A stretch of DNA of 64,000 bases, from contig DLLC01000070.1 of NCBI GenBank assembly GCA_002476625.1, forward strand, positions 39,651 through 103,650, in the 5' to 3' direction. Both the position numbers and the translations under genes were made by a program. Of this stretch, positions 39,339 to 49,267 are shown one piece after another (positions within the stretch are counted from its first letter, which is position 1; every line of letters begins with the position of its first letter). Below the pieces are notes generated by a model that was given only the letters and a program-made list of their open reading frames with translations, made no database searches and was not told the DNA's origin. This DNA is from Porphyromonadaceae bacterium UBA7572 (GTDB taxonomy: Bacteria; Bacteroidota; Bacteroidia; Bacteroidales; Muribaculaceae).

Positions 39339-40707
39339 CGTACCGGCACATTACTTACTGGATAAGAAAGACATATTAATCCTTCGCTCCTTTTTCTTCC
39401 TCTTTTGGGTGTTGGGGTGCTTTAATTTCGTGTACCAAGAGCTGATACCGCCCTTAGAGGGGCTTCTTACGCCCATCAATATCGTTGGCGACGCTATGCT
39501 CATGCTGCTCAGCTTCTACACCCTCCGTAAGCCCACCGACGCCTTGATTATAGCCTGCTTATTCATACTATCGTTTGTGAGTTCGTGTATCGCCAACAAC
39601 CTTAGCCTGGTGCTGTGGGCGAATGGAACCCGCTCATTTTACGGAACCATTTTTTTGATTCCAGTTTTACGGTACATCTGGAGCAAGCCACTGCTATACA
39701 AAGAGTTCATCAGAACTTTCGACAAGCATATTTTCATCTGGCTTTGTGTTCAGGCCGTGTGCGTGGTGGAGCAGTTCATCAGATACGGCGCTGGCGACAA
39801 AGTGGGAGGCAGCTTTGGCGATGGCGGTTCGGGGATGGTGTCGTTTTGTATCTATTTCGCCTCCTTCTACCTTCTTAACAAACGAATCGACTACAAAAAT
39901 GCTTTTCAAAGCATTCGCAAGAACATTGTGCTGGTGATACTGCTCTTCCCCACGTTCCTTAACGAAACGAAAGTGAGCTTCATATTGCTACTCATGTACT
40001 TCTTACTGCTCTTCCCTATCAATCGCGATTACATCAGGCGTGTGATTATGATGGCGCCTGTGGCAGTGATTATGATGGCAGGTGCAATTATAGTATATAT
40101 CGACACCGTAGACCAAAGCGACAGCATGCTCGATCCTAAATTCCTAATGGAAGAGTATCTCTACAAAGACTACACCGAAGAAGAGATGGCTTCAGCGGTG
40201 GAGTGGATTATGGAGAACGAAACCAACATACCCGACTTGCCCCGGTTTGCAAAAATGGGCTTCATATCTTATGTAATCGAGCAAAATGGCAACCATTGGC
40301 TGGTGGGCTTAGGGCTTCAAGGGTTTAATGGCGCTACTAACATCAAACCCACTAAAGTGGTGGAAGAGTATAACTGGTTTTACCTCGGCACAAACCCATA
40401 CGTGTGCTTTATTATAGTGCAGTTGGGGTTGCTTGGCTCGATCTGGGCTGTGATATTCTATTTTCTCCTTTACACATCCTGCCCATCCGGTTTCCGCAAG
40501 AACAAAAACATCAGCATCTACTCCATCCTGTCGCTTATCATCATTCTTGCTTACGGCGACTTGATAAAAACGGCATCATTCTGCCTCATTTTTTTCACAT
40601 TCACATTCCTTCAATGGACACCAAAAAATGTAAAAGACGAGGACGTAGACGATATGGAATATGACAACGAAAAGGAGGGCGCAGCAGAAGTGCCACAAAT
40701 GCAATAA
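39328..40707 (+). CDS. Putative Wzy polymerase
   Basis: About 11 transmembrane segments with a large late loop; overlaps the wzc end; position in the locus. Confidence 0.65.
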   Translation: MANNVPAHYLLDKKDILILRSFFFLFWVLGCFNFVYQELIPPLEGLLTPINIVGDAMLMLLSFYTLRKPTDALIIACLFILSFVSSCIANNLSLVLWANGTRSFYGTIFLIPVLRYIWSKPLLYKEFIRTFDKHIFIWLCVQAVCVVEQFIRYGAGDKVGGSFGDGGSGMVSFCIYFASFYLLNKRIDYKNAFQSIRKNIVLVILLFPTFLNETKVSFILLLMYFLLLFPINRDYIRRVIMMAPVAVIMMAGAIIVYIDTVDQSDSMLDPKFLMEEYLYKDYTEEEMASAVEWIMENETNIPDLPRFAKMGFISYVIEQNGNHWLVGLGLQGFNGATNIKPTKVVEEYNWFYLGTNPYVCFIIVQLGLLGSIWAVIFYFLLYTSCPSGFRKNKNISIYSILSLIIILAYGDLIKTASFCLIFFTFTFLQWTPKNVKDEDVDDMEYDNEKEGAAEVPQMQ

Positions 40708-40713
40708 ACGCGT

Positions 40714-42402
40714 ATGAGATACAGAACTGTCCTTTTTGCGATCATCACCACACTGGTTTCGCTCAGTGCTGGCGCACGCACACAAGAAATCACCGTTAGC
40801 ACGCTTAATGGCGACCTCACAGCCAATTTGCGTAACATATTCAAGGGACTGAACAGCTCCGACATGGTGATCATCAACTTTGATAAGCCCGGAAAATATG
40901 TGCTAAGAGGCACCGTGGAATGCAATTCTAACATCGAGATCAAAGGCGTGGGCTGCAAAAAAGTGACCATTGTGCTTGATAAGGTCAGCGATACCGAAGG
41001 CTTCAAGGCCTTCACCGACGACACCTTCATCAAAGTCTCTGGCACACGTAAGCGCCCCATCGCTGTATCGATCCACGATGTAACCATCAGCCTCAATTCG
41101 CACAAAGGTCTTTGGTGGGAGAAGGGCGAAAAGTTTGGCGTAAAAATATACCATGCCTGCAAGGTAGAAATCAACCGCGTTAATAGCTACGCAGACAATG
41201 CAGAATTCACAAACTTCGACCTGCGCGTGTGCAGCAATGTGACCATCAAAAACTGCAACATCACCAATTACAACAATTGTACAACGGGGGGCATCATTTG
41301 GATCAGGGGCGAAGCCTGCAATGTGGAAATTTCCAACAACACTTTCCGTAAATACGGCAACGATGAAGCCCTGGCCTTCTTTGGTGCCACTGTCGATGCA
41401 CACACCGGGCAACAGGGCCTTGTGAAACGCGAAAACATACTTGTTTGCGACAATCAATTCATCTACGAACGCTCAAAAGGTGTTGATTGTCGCAATTTGT
41501 TCAACGATGTGCTCGTGTCTTACTTCTCTTTTGATGGAAAACATGCAGAAGGAGTCGGTTGCTGCAGCAAAAATGTGATGTTCACTGACAATAAATTTGA
41601 AATCAACTCTCTATGTAGAACCACTTTGGCATTCGGATTTAATGCAGACGACACCCAAGAAAATGTGGCTATCGTTGCAAATGTTCTTACTAATCACCCA
41701 AAGAACTCAAAAGAAAAATACAACCACCAAGACATTGTGATAACAGACAATTCAGTAAAGCGCAGCCCCGTATACTTCTGTAGCAACACTATCAGCAACC
41801 ACACGCCTGTGGTAAACAGCTACGGTGCCACCGGCAATACCATTGCGCTGCTGCGTGGCGGAAACATTCAAATGGAGGGCAACATCATCAACGACTATGC
41901 GCCGTCAAGCCCACTCACCCGAGAAAATTTAGGCACCACGCTACTGTGGTGTGGCGAGCAAGGGGGCAGGGCTACGCTGCTTGGCAACAAAGCAACGGGA
42001 CTGAAGATGCTTGCAATCGTGTCGGAGGGCGCCGGCATCGATGATTTTTCAATCAGTGCCAGCTACAATCGCTTTGAGGGCGACACTCGCATCTATTGCA
42101 ACAAGGTGCGCCGGCTAAACCTCATTTTCGACCGCAACACCTTTGTCTCGTCGGATATGAACTTCTTCCTGCAAGAGTTCGCAACAGATGGGAATTTGGT
42201 ATTTATCAACAATGAGGTGCACGCTAAGAATGGGCAGTTGATGACACACTGGTCAGGCACAGCCACATCGTCGATGCACTTCCACACTCTGGAAGTGACT
42301 GGCAATTCCTTCTACGGAACTAATGGCGAAAAAGATGTGCTTCGCAATATCACAAATGTGCAGCGCAGAAATGTGAGCGGCAACATCTATTACCATCAAT
42401 AA
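40714..42402 (+). CDS. Exported right-handed beta-helix (pectin lyase-like) protein
   Basis: Signal peptide; many Asn-ladder units (NVTIKNCNITN, NVEISNNTF, NVMFTDNKF); GKY and IEIKG N-terminal motifs. Confidence 0.75.
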   Translation: MRYRTVLFAIITTLVSLSAGARTQEITVSTLNGDLTANLRNIFKGLNSSDMVIINFDKPGKYVLRGTVECNSNIEIKGVGCKKVTIVLDKVSDTEGFKAFTDDTFIKVSGTRKRPIAVSIHDVTISLNSHKGLWWEKGEKFGVKIYHACKVEINRVNSYADNAEFTNFDLRVCSNVTIKNCNITNYNNCTTGGIIWIRGEACNVEISNNTFRKYGNDEALAFFGATVDAHTGQQGLVKRENILVCDNQFIYERSKGVDCRNLFNDVLVSYFSFDGKHAEGVGCCSKNVMFTDNKFEINSLCRTTLAFGFNADDTQENVAIVANVLTNHPKNSKEKYNHQDIVITDNSVKRSPVYFCSNTISNHTPVVNSYGATGNTIALLRGGNIQMEGNIINDYAPSSPLTRENLGTTLLWCGEQGGRATLLGNKATGLKMLAIVSEGAGIDDFSISASYNRFEGDTRIYCNKVRRLNLIFDRNTFVSSDMNFFLQEFATDGNLVFINNEVHAKNGQLMTHWSGTATSSMHFHTLEVTGNSFYGTNGEKDVLRNITNVQRRNVSGNIYYHQ

Positions 42403-42444
42403 CATCTCTCACACATTAAGATAAAGGCAATGTATGTGGAGTGG

Positions 42445-43392
42445 CTAAAGCCTCTTTCTCATTCTATTCATTTTAATACACAATCGCAATAGCGGCGGGC
42501 AGTGAAGCAATGCGTGCAGCACTCGTGTTTTGAGAGGATAAGTGCGTGTACTGTAGCCCATCACCCTCCTGTACCATGGGTGGCGCTTATCAATATTCTT
42601 CACCCAAAAGCCCAAGTGCTCCACTTCACGCACACGAATGGTGTGCTCCGTGGCTTTGTCGAGCAAATTGGCTTCACCCAGATAAGTGCGCACTTCTTCA
42701 AAAAAGGCATTCCACAAATCCATCGACCACAATGTGCCCGCATCCGACAACGAATCAGGATTCAAATAATAGTGATACACGCAATCATTATAAATACCCA
42801 CACGCTTCAAATACTTAGATAGACGCATGTTGATCAGCACATCCTCGCTTGGCAAGCGCTTGTCTGCTGAGGGGAACACATCATCGTGCCAAACTTCACG
42901 CCTACTCATACAGAAGCAAGACCCATAGTTATTGCCTATGGTGAGTGTGCGCATAAGGAACTGCTCACCATTTATCACACCTGTGAAACTATGGCGAAAC
43001 ATCGTGCGCTTTTCGCCCACAATGCGCAAAAAAGTGCCATAGCACAAGTCAAGTTGCTCGCTTTCGCAATGGCGAAGGAGCAACTCAAGTGCGTTTTCTG
43101 GCAGCTCATCATCACTGTCGAGCGGCACAATATATTCACCCGATGCGGCTGCCACACCACTTTTACGAGCCTCGGCCAAACCGGCATTTTTCTTGTGCAC
43201 CACAACAATATTGCCATGCCTTTCGGCATAACGGTCAGCAATCTCACCAGCCCTATCCGGACTTCCGTCATCAACAAGCACAATCTCATAATCCTGAAAG
43301 CTCTGCTTCAGAACGCTATCAATGCAGCGAGACAGTGTGGCCTCCGTTTTATAAATAGGAATTGTAACCGATATTTTAGGGGTTCTTATCAT
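42445..43392 (-). CDS. Glycosyltransferase family 2, inverted relative to the locus
   Basis: ISVTIPIYK, LVDDGSPD, NAGLAEAR, LDSDD, SED. Confidence 0.9.
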   Translation of the reverse strand: MIRTPKISVTIPIYKTEATLSRCIDSVLKQSFQDYEIVLVDDGSPDRAGEIADRYAERHGNIVVVHKKNAGLAEARKSGVAAASGEYIVPLDSDDELPENALELLLRHCESEQLDLCYGTFLRIVGEKRTMFRHSFTGVINGEQFLMRTLTIGNNYGSCFCMSRREVWHDDVFPSADKRLPSEDVLINMRLSKYLKRVGIYNDCVYHYYLNPDSLSDAGTLWSMDLWNAFFEEVRTYLGEANLLDKATEHTIRVREVEHLGFWVKNIDKRHPWYRRVMGYSTRTYPLKTRVLHALLHCPPLLRLCIKMNRMRKRL

Positions 43393-43416
43393 ACCGTCAA
43401 CGATTATCATATACAG

Positions 43417-43499
43417 CAAAAGTAGTAAAAAAAGGGGTGATACCAAAATCACCAATGAACAATTCTGATAATAGAATATAATAAAAGCGCGTATCTTTG
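43417..43499. promoter_or_regulatory. Divergent internal promoters
   Basis: TActTTTG on minus (43417-43424) and TAtcTTTG on plus (43492-43499). Confidence 0.6.
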
Positions 43500-43710
43500 C
43501 GTTATCGTTATGTTTATAAACCCAAACCTTCCATTAGGGCTTATGGTATTCAAGAGCCATCACACGTCCTAATTACCGATTTGGGATAACAGAAATTATC
43601 ATCTCATGGCACAACGCATGTTCATTTACCCACACCATTCCCACCGCAGTGATCTATACGGTGTGAACGAGCCACATATAATGCGTTACCATCACCCTAA
43701 CTAATAAAGC

Positions 43711-44820
43711 ATGAACATTCTCATCCTCAATCTCATTCTCTCCACTGCTGAAAAAGGCGTCATCAAAAAGCGTGCCTCCATTTCCGACACGATGATTTGC
43801 ACCTTTGCACGAGGATTTGCGGCATTAGGCCACGCGGTCACCATTGTTGCAGCTGAAGAGTTTCGACCTACGGGGAAGCTCCCCGAAGACGTGAAGATGG
43901 TGTTTTTGCCCTCACGAATGCCTAAGGTGTTCAAGCCCTCACTCCTTCCTTGGCCAATCGGGCTCGGCAAATACTTGAAAGGGAATTCAAGCAGCTTCCA
44001 GTTGGTCATCTCAAGCGAAGCATTCTCCATTGCCACTTTAATTGCCTCCAAATATTGCCCCGAAAAACTTATCGTATGGCAAGAAATGGCGTATCATCAA
44101 AGAAAGATGAAAAAAATACCATCAAAGCTTTGGCACAACTTGGTGGTGCGATGCTATATCAACAAATGTTTGGTGGTGGCACGGTCGGAAAGAGCGCTCC
44201 ACTTCATCTCACATTACACCAAGTGCCTGGCCAATGAAATCGTAGACCATGGAGCCGATGGGCAAACCCTCTACCCCTCCGAGGATTCCGACGACTCGTT
44301 CGTGATTGTATCACAGCTCATACCCAGAAAAAACGTAGGCACGATGATTGATACTTTTGCACGGTTCATTGCCAATCCACCTTTTGCCCACTACAAGCTG
44401 CATGTGATAGGAGATGGAGTATTGGCCGGCAACATCAAGGAACAAATCAAAAAACGCCGTCTCTCCAGAAATGTGATTCTACATGGTTTCATGACCCACA
44501 AGCAAATGGCTTCATATTTGAGAAGCGCAAAAGCACTGCTGGTCAATACCAGTATGGACCTCAACATGGTCACCATACCAGAGTCAATCATCAGCGGAAC
44601 GCCCGTGGTGATGAACACGATGCCCACAACGGCAAACTTCGTCAACGACAACCATCTTGGAATAGCTAAAGACGGGTGGGATGAAAGCACACTCATCGAG
44701 CTAATCGCCTCCTACGACTCTTACCATGCAGCATGCATTAAAGCGCGAGACGGACTCACGAACATTGGTTGTGCAAAAAAGATGCTGAGCATCTTTGAAC
44801 GATACATTAGCCAGCCATGA
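43711..44820 (+). CDS. Glycosyltransferase family 4
   Basis: VSQLIPRKN, HVIGDG, HGFM, TIPESIISGTPVV. Confidence 0.85.
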   Translation: MNILILNLILSTAEKGVIKKRASISDTMICTFARGFAALGHAVTIVAAEEFRPTGKLPEDVKMVFLPSRMPKVFKPSLLPWPIGLGKYLKGNSSSFQLVISSEAFSIATLIASKYCPEKLIVWQEMAYHQRKMKKIPSKLWHNLVVRCYINKCLVVARSERALHFISHYTKCLANEIVDHGADGQTLYPSEDSDDSFVIVSQLIPRKNVGTMIDTFARFIANPPFAHYKLHVIGDGVLAGNIKEQIKKRRLSRNVILHGFMTHKQMASYLRSAKALLVNTSMDLNMVTIPESIISGTPVVMNTMPTTANFVNDNHLGIAKDGWDESTLIELIASYDSYHAACIKARDGLTNIGCAKKMLSIFERYISQP

Positions 44821-44861
44821 TAAAGAATATCGCACTTTTTCTGTACTCAACACTCATTATC

Positions 44862-45191
44862 AGCCTATGGCACAAAAGATTTTACTTGTCAACAAATTCT
44901 ACTATCCACGCGGTGGCGACTGCGTGGTGATGATGAACACCGAGTCGATGCTGCTCTCGGCAGGATATGATGTAGCGGTTTACTCTATGCAGTACCCCGG
45001 AACGGTAGACTCTCCCTATAAAAAATATTTTGCCTCGGAAGTGAATTTCAGTGGCGGCATATCCGAAAAGCTGAATGGGCTGAAGCGCACATTGGGCTTG
45101 GGCGACATCCGCACTTCATTCAAGCGCATTCTTGACGATTTCAAACCCGATGTAGTGCACCTGCACAACATTCATTCCTATCTCTCCCCCA
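44862..45191 (+). repeat. 330-bp direct repeat, copy 1 (copy 2 at 46881-47210)
   Basis: Ungapped alignment by eye with about 32 mismatches. Confidence 0.92.
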
Positions 45192-45818
45192 AAACAGAAC
45201 AAAGAGACATAGTTCTCATTAACCGATTTGTTGACGATAAAGAGGTTCGCGACTTGTTCAGCAAAGCCGCAGTGGTGGTCTATCCCTACATTTCAGCCAC
45301 TCAAAGCGGCGTAATATCCATTGCCTCATATTTCAAGAAGCCTATTGTTCTTTCCGATGTGCCCTATTTCAAGGAGGTGGCGAGTGGCTACGATGGCGTG
45401 TATTTTTTTCCACAACGGCGACACCAACGACATGGCACAAGCCATCAGCAAAGTCATCTTCAAAGCTAATAAGAATGTATTTGAAGGCTTCACCACCATA
45501 TACTGCGACAAATTAAAATATCTTGACATCAACTTTGAAGACAACACGATAAAAAGCAGCAATATGAATTTTTTTCTTCATGAATTTGCCTCTGAGGGGG
45601 CGGTTAGATTCGTCGACAACACTGTAGCAGTGAACGGTGGAAATGGACAACTCATGACACACTGGGCCAACAGCGACCTCTTGAACATGAAATTTCACCA
45701 ACTGACTGTCTGTGACAACACCTTCATTGGAGTAAATGATGCAAACGACATGCTTCGCAATTTAAAAAATGTAGCAAAAAAGGCTGTAGCCCGTAACGCA
45801 TACTATCAAAGTAAATGA
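44867..45818 (+). pseudogene. Chimeric pseudogene: GT4 N-terminus + unrelated GT4 C-terminus + beta-helix C-terminus, with a frameshift
   Basis: 44867-45191 duplicates the start of the gene at 46886; then YPYISATQSGV...SDVP; frameshift at a T7 run (45403-45409); last part is paralogous to the end of 40714-42402. Confidence 0.8.
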
Positions 45819-46774
45819 CAAAACAACGTATCGACACATTCGACATAGCACGCGCCATTTGTATTCTGCTTGTGGTGATCGGGCACTTCAACCCCGACAA
45901 TGCGCCTGTATGGTGGAAAAACATCAACGCCTGCATCTATTCTTTTCACATGCCCATGTTTTTGTTTATCAGTGGGTTTATTTACTCCTATCGCAACAAA
46001 CAGAGCAGCTATCTGTCTTTTATCGGAAAAAAAGTGAAGCGACTGTTTGTGCCATATCTCATCACATCATTCATCGTAATCAGCATCAAACTCCTTACGC
46101 AAGGCAACGCTTATGTGGAACATCCCGTAACAGCCCACACCTATCTTGAAGCGCTCTATCTGCCTGCCGCAGGCTACTATTTATGGTTTGTGTGGGCACT
46201 GTTCATCATGCTGGCTGTAGTCCACATTTTCCATAGCCACATAGCTCATGCGCTTCTGTTGGTTCTCTCAGTGTGGTTATACTTTCTCCCGTTTGATTTT
46301 CCACCCACATTCTGCTTGAAGGAATTTCAAAGACATTGGCCATACTTTATGTGTGGCGTGGTGCTTGCCGAGTATGAAATTCGCAAAGTGCTGCACACTA
46401 AATGGTTTTGGTGTGCATCCATCATCGGCTACGCAGCGCTCTATTACTTCCTCAACCCCACAGGGCATACGCAATATTTCATCATTGCCATTGTCGGAAT
46501 TGGAATGGTGAATAGTGTATCGTGCATTCTCAATCCGCTCACTTGGGCAAAACAGCGTATTTTTTTGCCTATTTCCATGGCAAGCTTCACCATCTATCTC
46601 TACCACACCACATTCAGTGGCTTTGCAAAAGCCGCTCTCATAAAATCACCGATGCTCGACGAATGGTTTATCGCTAAAGCGCTAATTGTGATACTCTGTG
46701 GCGTGATTTTTCCTCTGATTATGTATCGAGCAGTGAAAAAAGTGCCCATTTTAAAGTGGGCAATCGGTGAATAA
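45815..46774 (+). CDS. Acyltransferase family 3
   Basis: DIARAICILLVVIGH, IYSFHMPMFLFISG, KRLFVPY, LWF, IYLYH. Confidence 0.9.
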   Translation: MTKQRIDTFDIARAICILLVVIGHFNPDNAPVWWKNINACIYSFHMPMFLFISGFIYSYRNKQSSYLSFIGKKVKRLFVPYLITSFIVISIKLLTQGNAYVEHPVTAHTYLEALYLPAAGYYLWFVWALFIMLAVVHIFHSHIAHALLLVLSVWLYFLPFDFPPTFCLKEFQRHWPYFMCGVVLAEYEIRKVLHTKWFWCASIIGYAALYYFLNPTGHTQYFIIAIVGIGMVNSVSCILNPLTWAKQRIFLPISMASFTIYLYHTTFSGFAKAALIKSPMLDEWFIAKALIVILCGVIFPLIMYRAVKKVPILKWAIGE

Positions 46775-46880
46775 GCCCATAATGATTTTTTTGGGGCAAG
46801 GAAATAGTCCCTATTCGCATCTATTCATAATAAAACGGCAAAATTTTCCGTTATTGTAAAAATAAATAAAGTAAAGCGAT

Positions 46881-47210
46881 AGCCTATGGCACAAAAGATT
46901 TTACTTGTCAACAAATTCTACTACCCGCGCGGAGGCGACTGTGTGGTGATGATGAACACCGAGTCGATGCTGCTCTCGGCAGGATATGATGTAGCGGTGT
47001 TTGCCATGCAGTATCCAGGCACAGCAGACTCTCCTTATAAGAGATACTTCGCAAATGAAGTGAATTTCAGTGGCGGCATATCCGAAAAGCTGAATGGGCT
47101 GAAGCGCACATTGGGCTTGGGCGACATACGCGTATCGTTTGAGCGCATTCTTGACGATTTCCAACCAGATGTAGTGCACCTGCACAACATTCATTCCTAT
47201 CTCTCCCCCA
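46881..47210 (+). repeat. 330-bp direct repeat, copy 2
   Basis: Matches 44862-45191. Confidence 0.92.
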
Positions 47211-48091
47211 TTGTGGCACAGATGGCGCATGAGCGAGGCATTCGTGTGGTGTGGACACTGCACGACTATAAATTGCTGTGCCCTGCCTACACTTGCACAC
47301 GCGAAGGCCACCCCTGCGAACTTTGCTACACCGACAAAAGCAATGTGCTCAAGCACCGATGCATGAAAGGGTCGCTGGCAGCAAGTGCTATCGCCTGGCT
47401 TGAGGCGAAATGGTGGAGCCTAAAACGGCTTGAGGCCATCACCGACACTTTTATTTGCCCAAGCGAGTTTATGGCATCTAAAATGCAGCTCGGAGGGTTC
47501 GGTAAGCAGAAACTAAAAGTGCTGTGCAATTTCATCGACCCTCAAAAACTCGCCCTTCTTCAGCGCACCGACGGAAGCGAGCGGAGCCACTACTACTGCT
47601 ATGTGGGCCGACTGTCGGAAGAAAAAGGTGTGCGCACGCTGCTTGAAGCCGCCAAAGGCATTCACCATGAGTTGCGCATAGCTGGTGGTGGTCCGCTTGC
47701 CGACGAGCTAAAAGAAAAATATGCAGCATTTCCTCACATCAAGTTTCTCGGTCACCTCGATGCTAAAGGCATTGCCTCGCTGCTGAGCAAAGCCAAATGT
47801 TCTGTAATCCCCTCAGAATGGTACGAAAACAATCCCCTCAGCGTGATAGAATCGCTTTGTGCGGGCACCCCCGTAGTGGGAGCGGAAATTGGCGGCATTC
47901 CCGAACTGATTGACGAATCCACGGGCATCACCTTCGAGTCGGGCAATGCTGAAGCTCTTGCCGCCGCCATCGGAAAGGCCATGGACAAGCAATGGAGCCA
48001 CCAAGCCATCAAGGACTGTTCCATCAGCCGCTTCTCGCCAGAGGGCCACCTAAGGGATTTAACGAATATTTACAACACATCAAAACACTGA
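46886..48091 (+). CDS. Glycosyltransferase family 4 with a Cys-rich insert
   Basis: PDVVHLHN, HDYKLLCP...CELC...C, GRLSEEKG, PSEWYENNPLSVIES, GGIPE. Confidence 0.92.
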   Translation: MAQKILLVNKFYYPRGGDCVVMMNTESMLLSAGYDVAVFAMQYPGTADSPYKRYFANEVNFSGGISEKLNGLKRTLGLGDIRVSFERILDDFQPDVVHLHNIHSYLSPIVAQMAHERGIRVVWTLHDYKLLCPAYTCTREGHPCELCYTDKSNVLKHRCMKGSLAASAIAWLEAKWWSLKRLEAITDTFICPSEFMASKMQLGGFGKQKLKVLCNFIDPQKLALLQRTDGSERSHYYCYVGRLSEEKGVRTLLEAAKGIHHELRIAGGGPLADELKEKYAAFPHIKFLGHLDAKGIASLLSKAKCSVIPSEWYENNPLSVIESLCAGTPVVGAEIGGIPELIDESTGITFESGNAEALAAAIGKAMDKQWSHQAIKDCSISRFSPEGHLRDLTNIYNTSKH

Positions 48092-48111
48092 TATTCAATA
48101 TTTTTGCGCAC

Positions 48112-48170
48112 AATTATCGTGCATAAGTATACAATCATTTATGCACTATAATTATTTTTTCGTAACTTTG
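48112..48170 (+). promoter_or_regulatory. 15-bp inverted repeat (terminator or operator) abutting the radical SAM promoter
   Basis: aattatcgtgcataa/ttatgcactataatt (14 of 15 paired), then a T-run, then TAacTTTG at 48163-48170. Confidence 0.55.
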
Positions 48171-48226
48171 CACAATTATGCGGCACACTTTGGTGTGCTT
48201 TGATTACGTACGTATAAGCATCGAAT

Positions 48227-49240
48227 ATGAAAAATATAGTTCAAGGTAGTCTGATTACCACATTCCGCTGCAATGCAAAGTGCAACATGTGCAACATCTG
48301 GAAGCACCAGACCAAGCCGACAGAGGAAATAGACCCGTCATTCTACGAGAAGCTGCCTGCCGGCTTAAGAATCAACATCACCGGCGGTGAAGCCACTATC
48401 CGACAGGATATCGACAAAATTTTCGAGATCCTCTATCCAAAGTCGTCGTTGCTCGAATTAAGCACCAATGGCTACAACACAGATAAAATTGTGGCTTTGG
48501 CCAACAAATACCCCAACATTCTTATTCGCGTGAGTGTGGAGGGACTCCCCAAAATCAACGATGAAAAAAGAGGGCTGAACAATGGGTTTGACCACGCTTT
48601 GCGCACAATGCTCGAGTTGAAAAAGACCAAGTGCAAAAACATTGGCTTCTCTGTAGTGATTTCTCCCGACAACTATATGGATCTCGTGTCGCTCTACGAG
48701 CTTTGCGTGGCACTTGATGTGGAACTGGGCAACTCTGCCGTGCACAACAGCTGGTATTTCCATAAGGACGACAACCAAGTGGAGAGCGAAGAGGCGCTAA
48801 AGCAGCACGAACTGTTCGTGAAAGCACTGCTCACCAGTAAGCGCCGTCACCTGAAGGACCGCTTAAAAGACTACGGACGCGCCTACTTCAACCGATCCAT
48901 TCACCGCAGGCTTCGTGGCGACGAGGCTGGCTACCGTCCTGCTTGTGGCGCGCTCACCGACTTCTTCTTCATCGACCCATGGGGCAACGTGTCGCCTTGC
49001 AACGGCAGCGGTGAAGAGTGGATAATCGGCAACATTAAGGAAAACAGCTGGGAGGAAATCATGGACACGAACAGCAAAAAATACCAAGAGGCATTGGAAA
49101 AAGTGCGTTCTTGCCGCCGCAACTGCACCTTTATCGTCACCGAGCGTCACGACATGGTGCGCCGTCCATGGATACCCATCAAGTGGATTATCAAGAATAT
49201 GTGGCGAGCACGCAAAGGCAAAGACCTCTGCTGGGACTAA
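48227..49240 (+). CDS. Radical SAM enzyme with a twitch/SPASM-type C-terminal domain
   Basis: CNAKCNMC, ITGGE, STNG, SVEG; C-terminal CGAL...IDPWGNVSPC...GNIKE...CRRNC. Confidence 0.92.
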   Translation: MKNIVQGSLITTFRCNAKCNMCNIWKHQTKPTEEIDPSFYEKLPAGLRINITGGEATIRQDIDKIFEILYPKSSLLELSTNGYNTDKIVALANKYPNILIRVSVEGLPKINDEKRGLNNGFDHALRTMLELKKTKCKNIGFSVVISPDNYMDLVSLYELCVALDVELGNSAVHNSWYFHKDDNQVESEEALKQHELFVKALLTSKRRHLKDRLKDYGRAYFNRSIHRRLRGDEAGYRPACGALTDFFFIDPWGNVSPCNGSGEEWIIGNIKENSWEEIMDTNSKKYQEALEKVRSCRRNCTFIVTERHDMVRRPWIPIKWIIKNMWRARKGKDLCWD

Positions 49241-49267
49241 TCGCTTCTATCCGCTACAAGCAAAATC

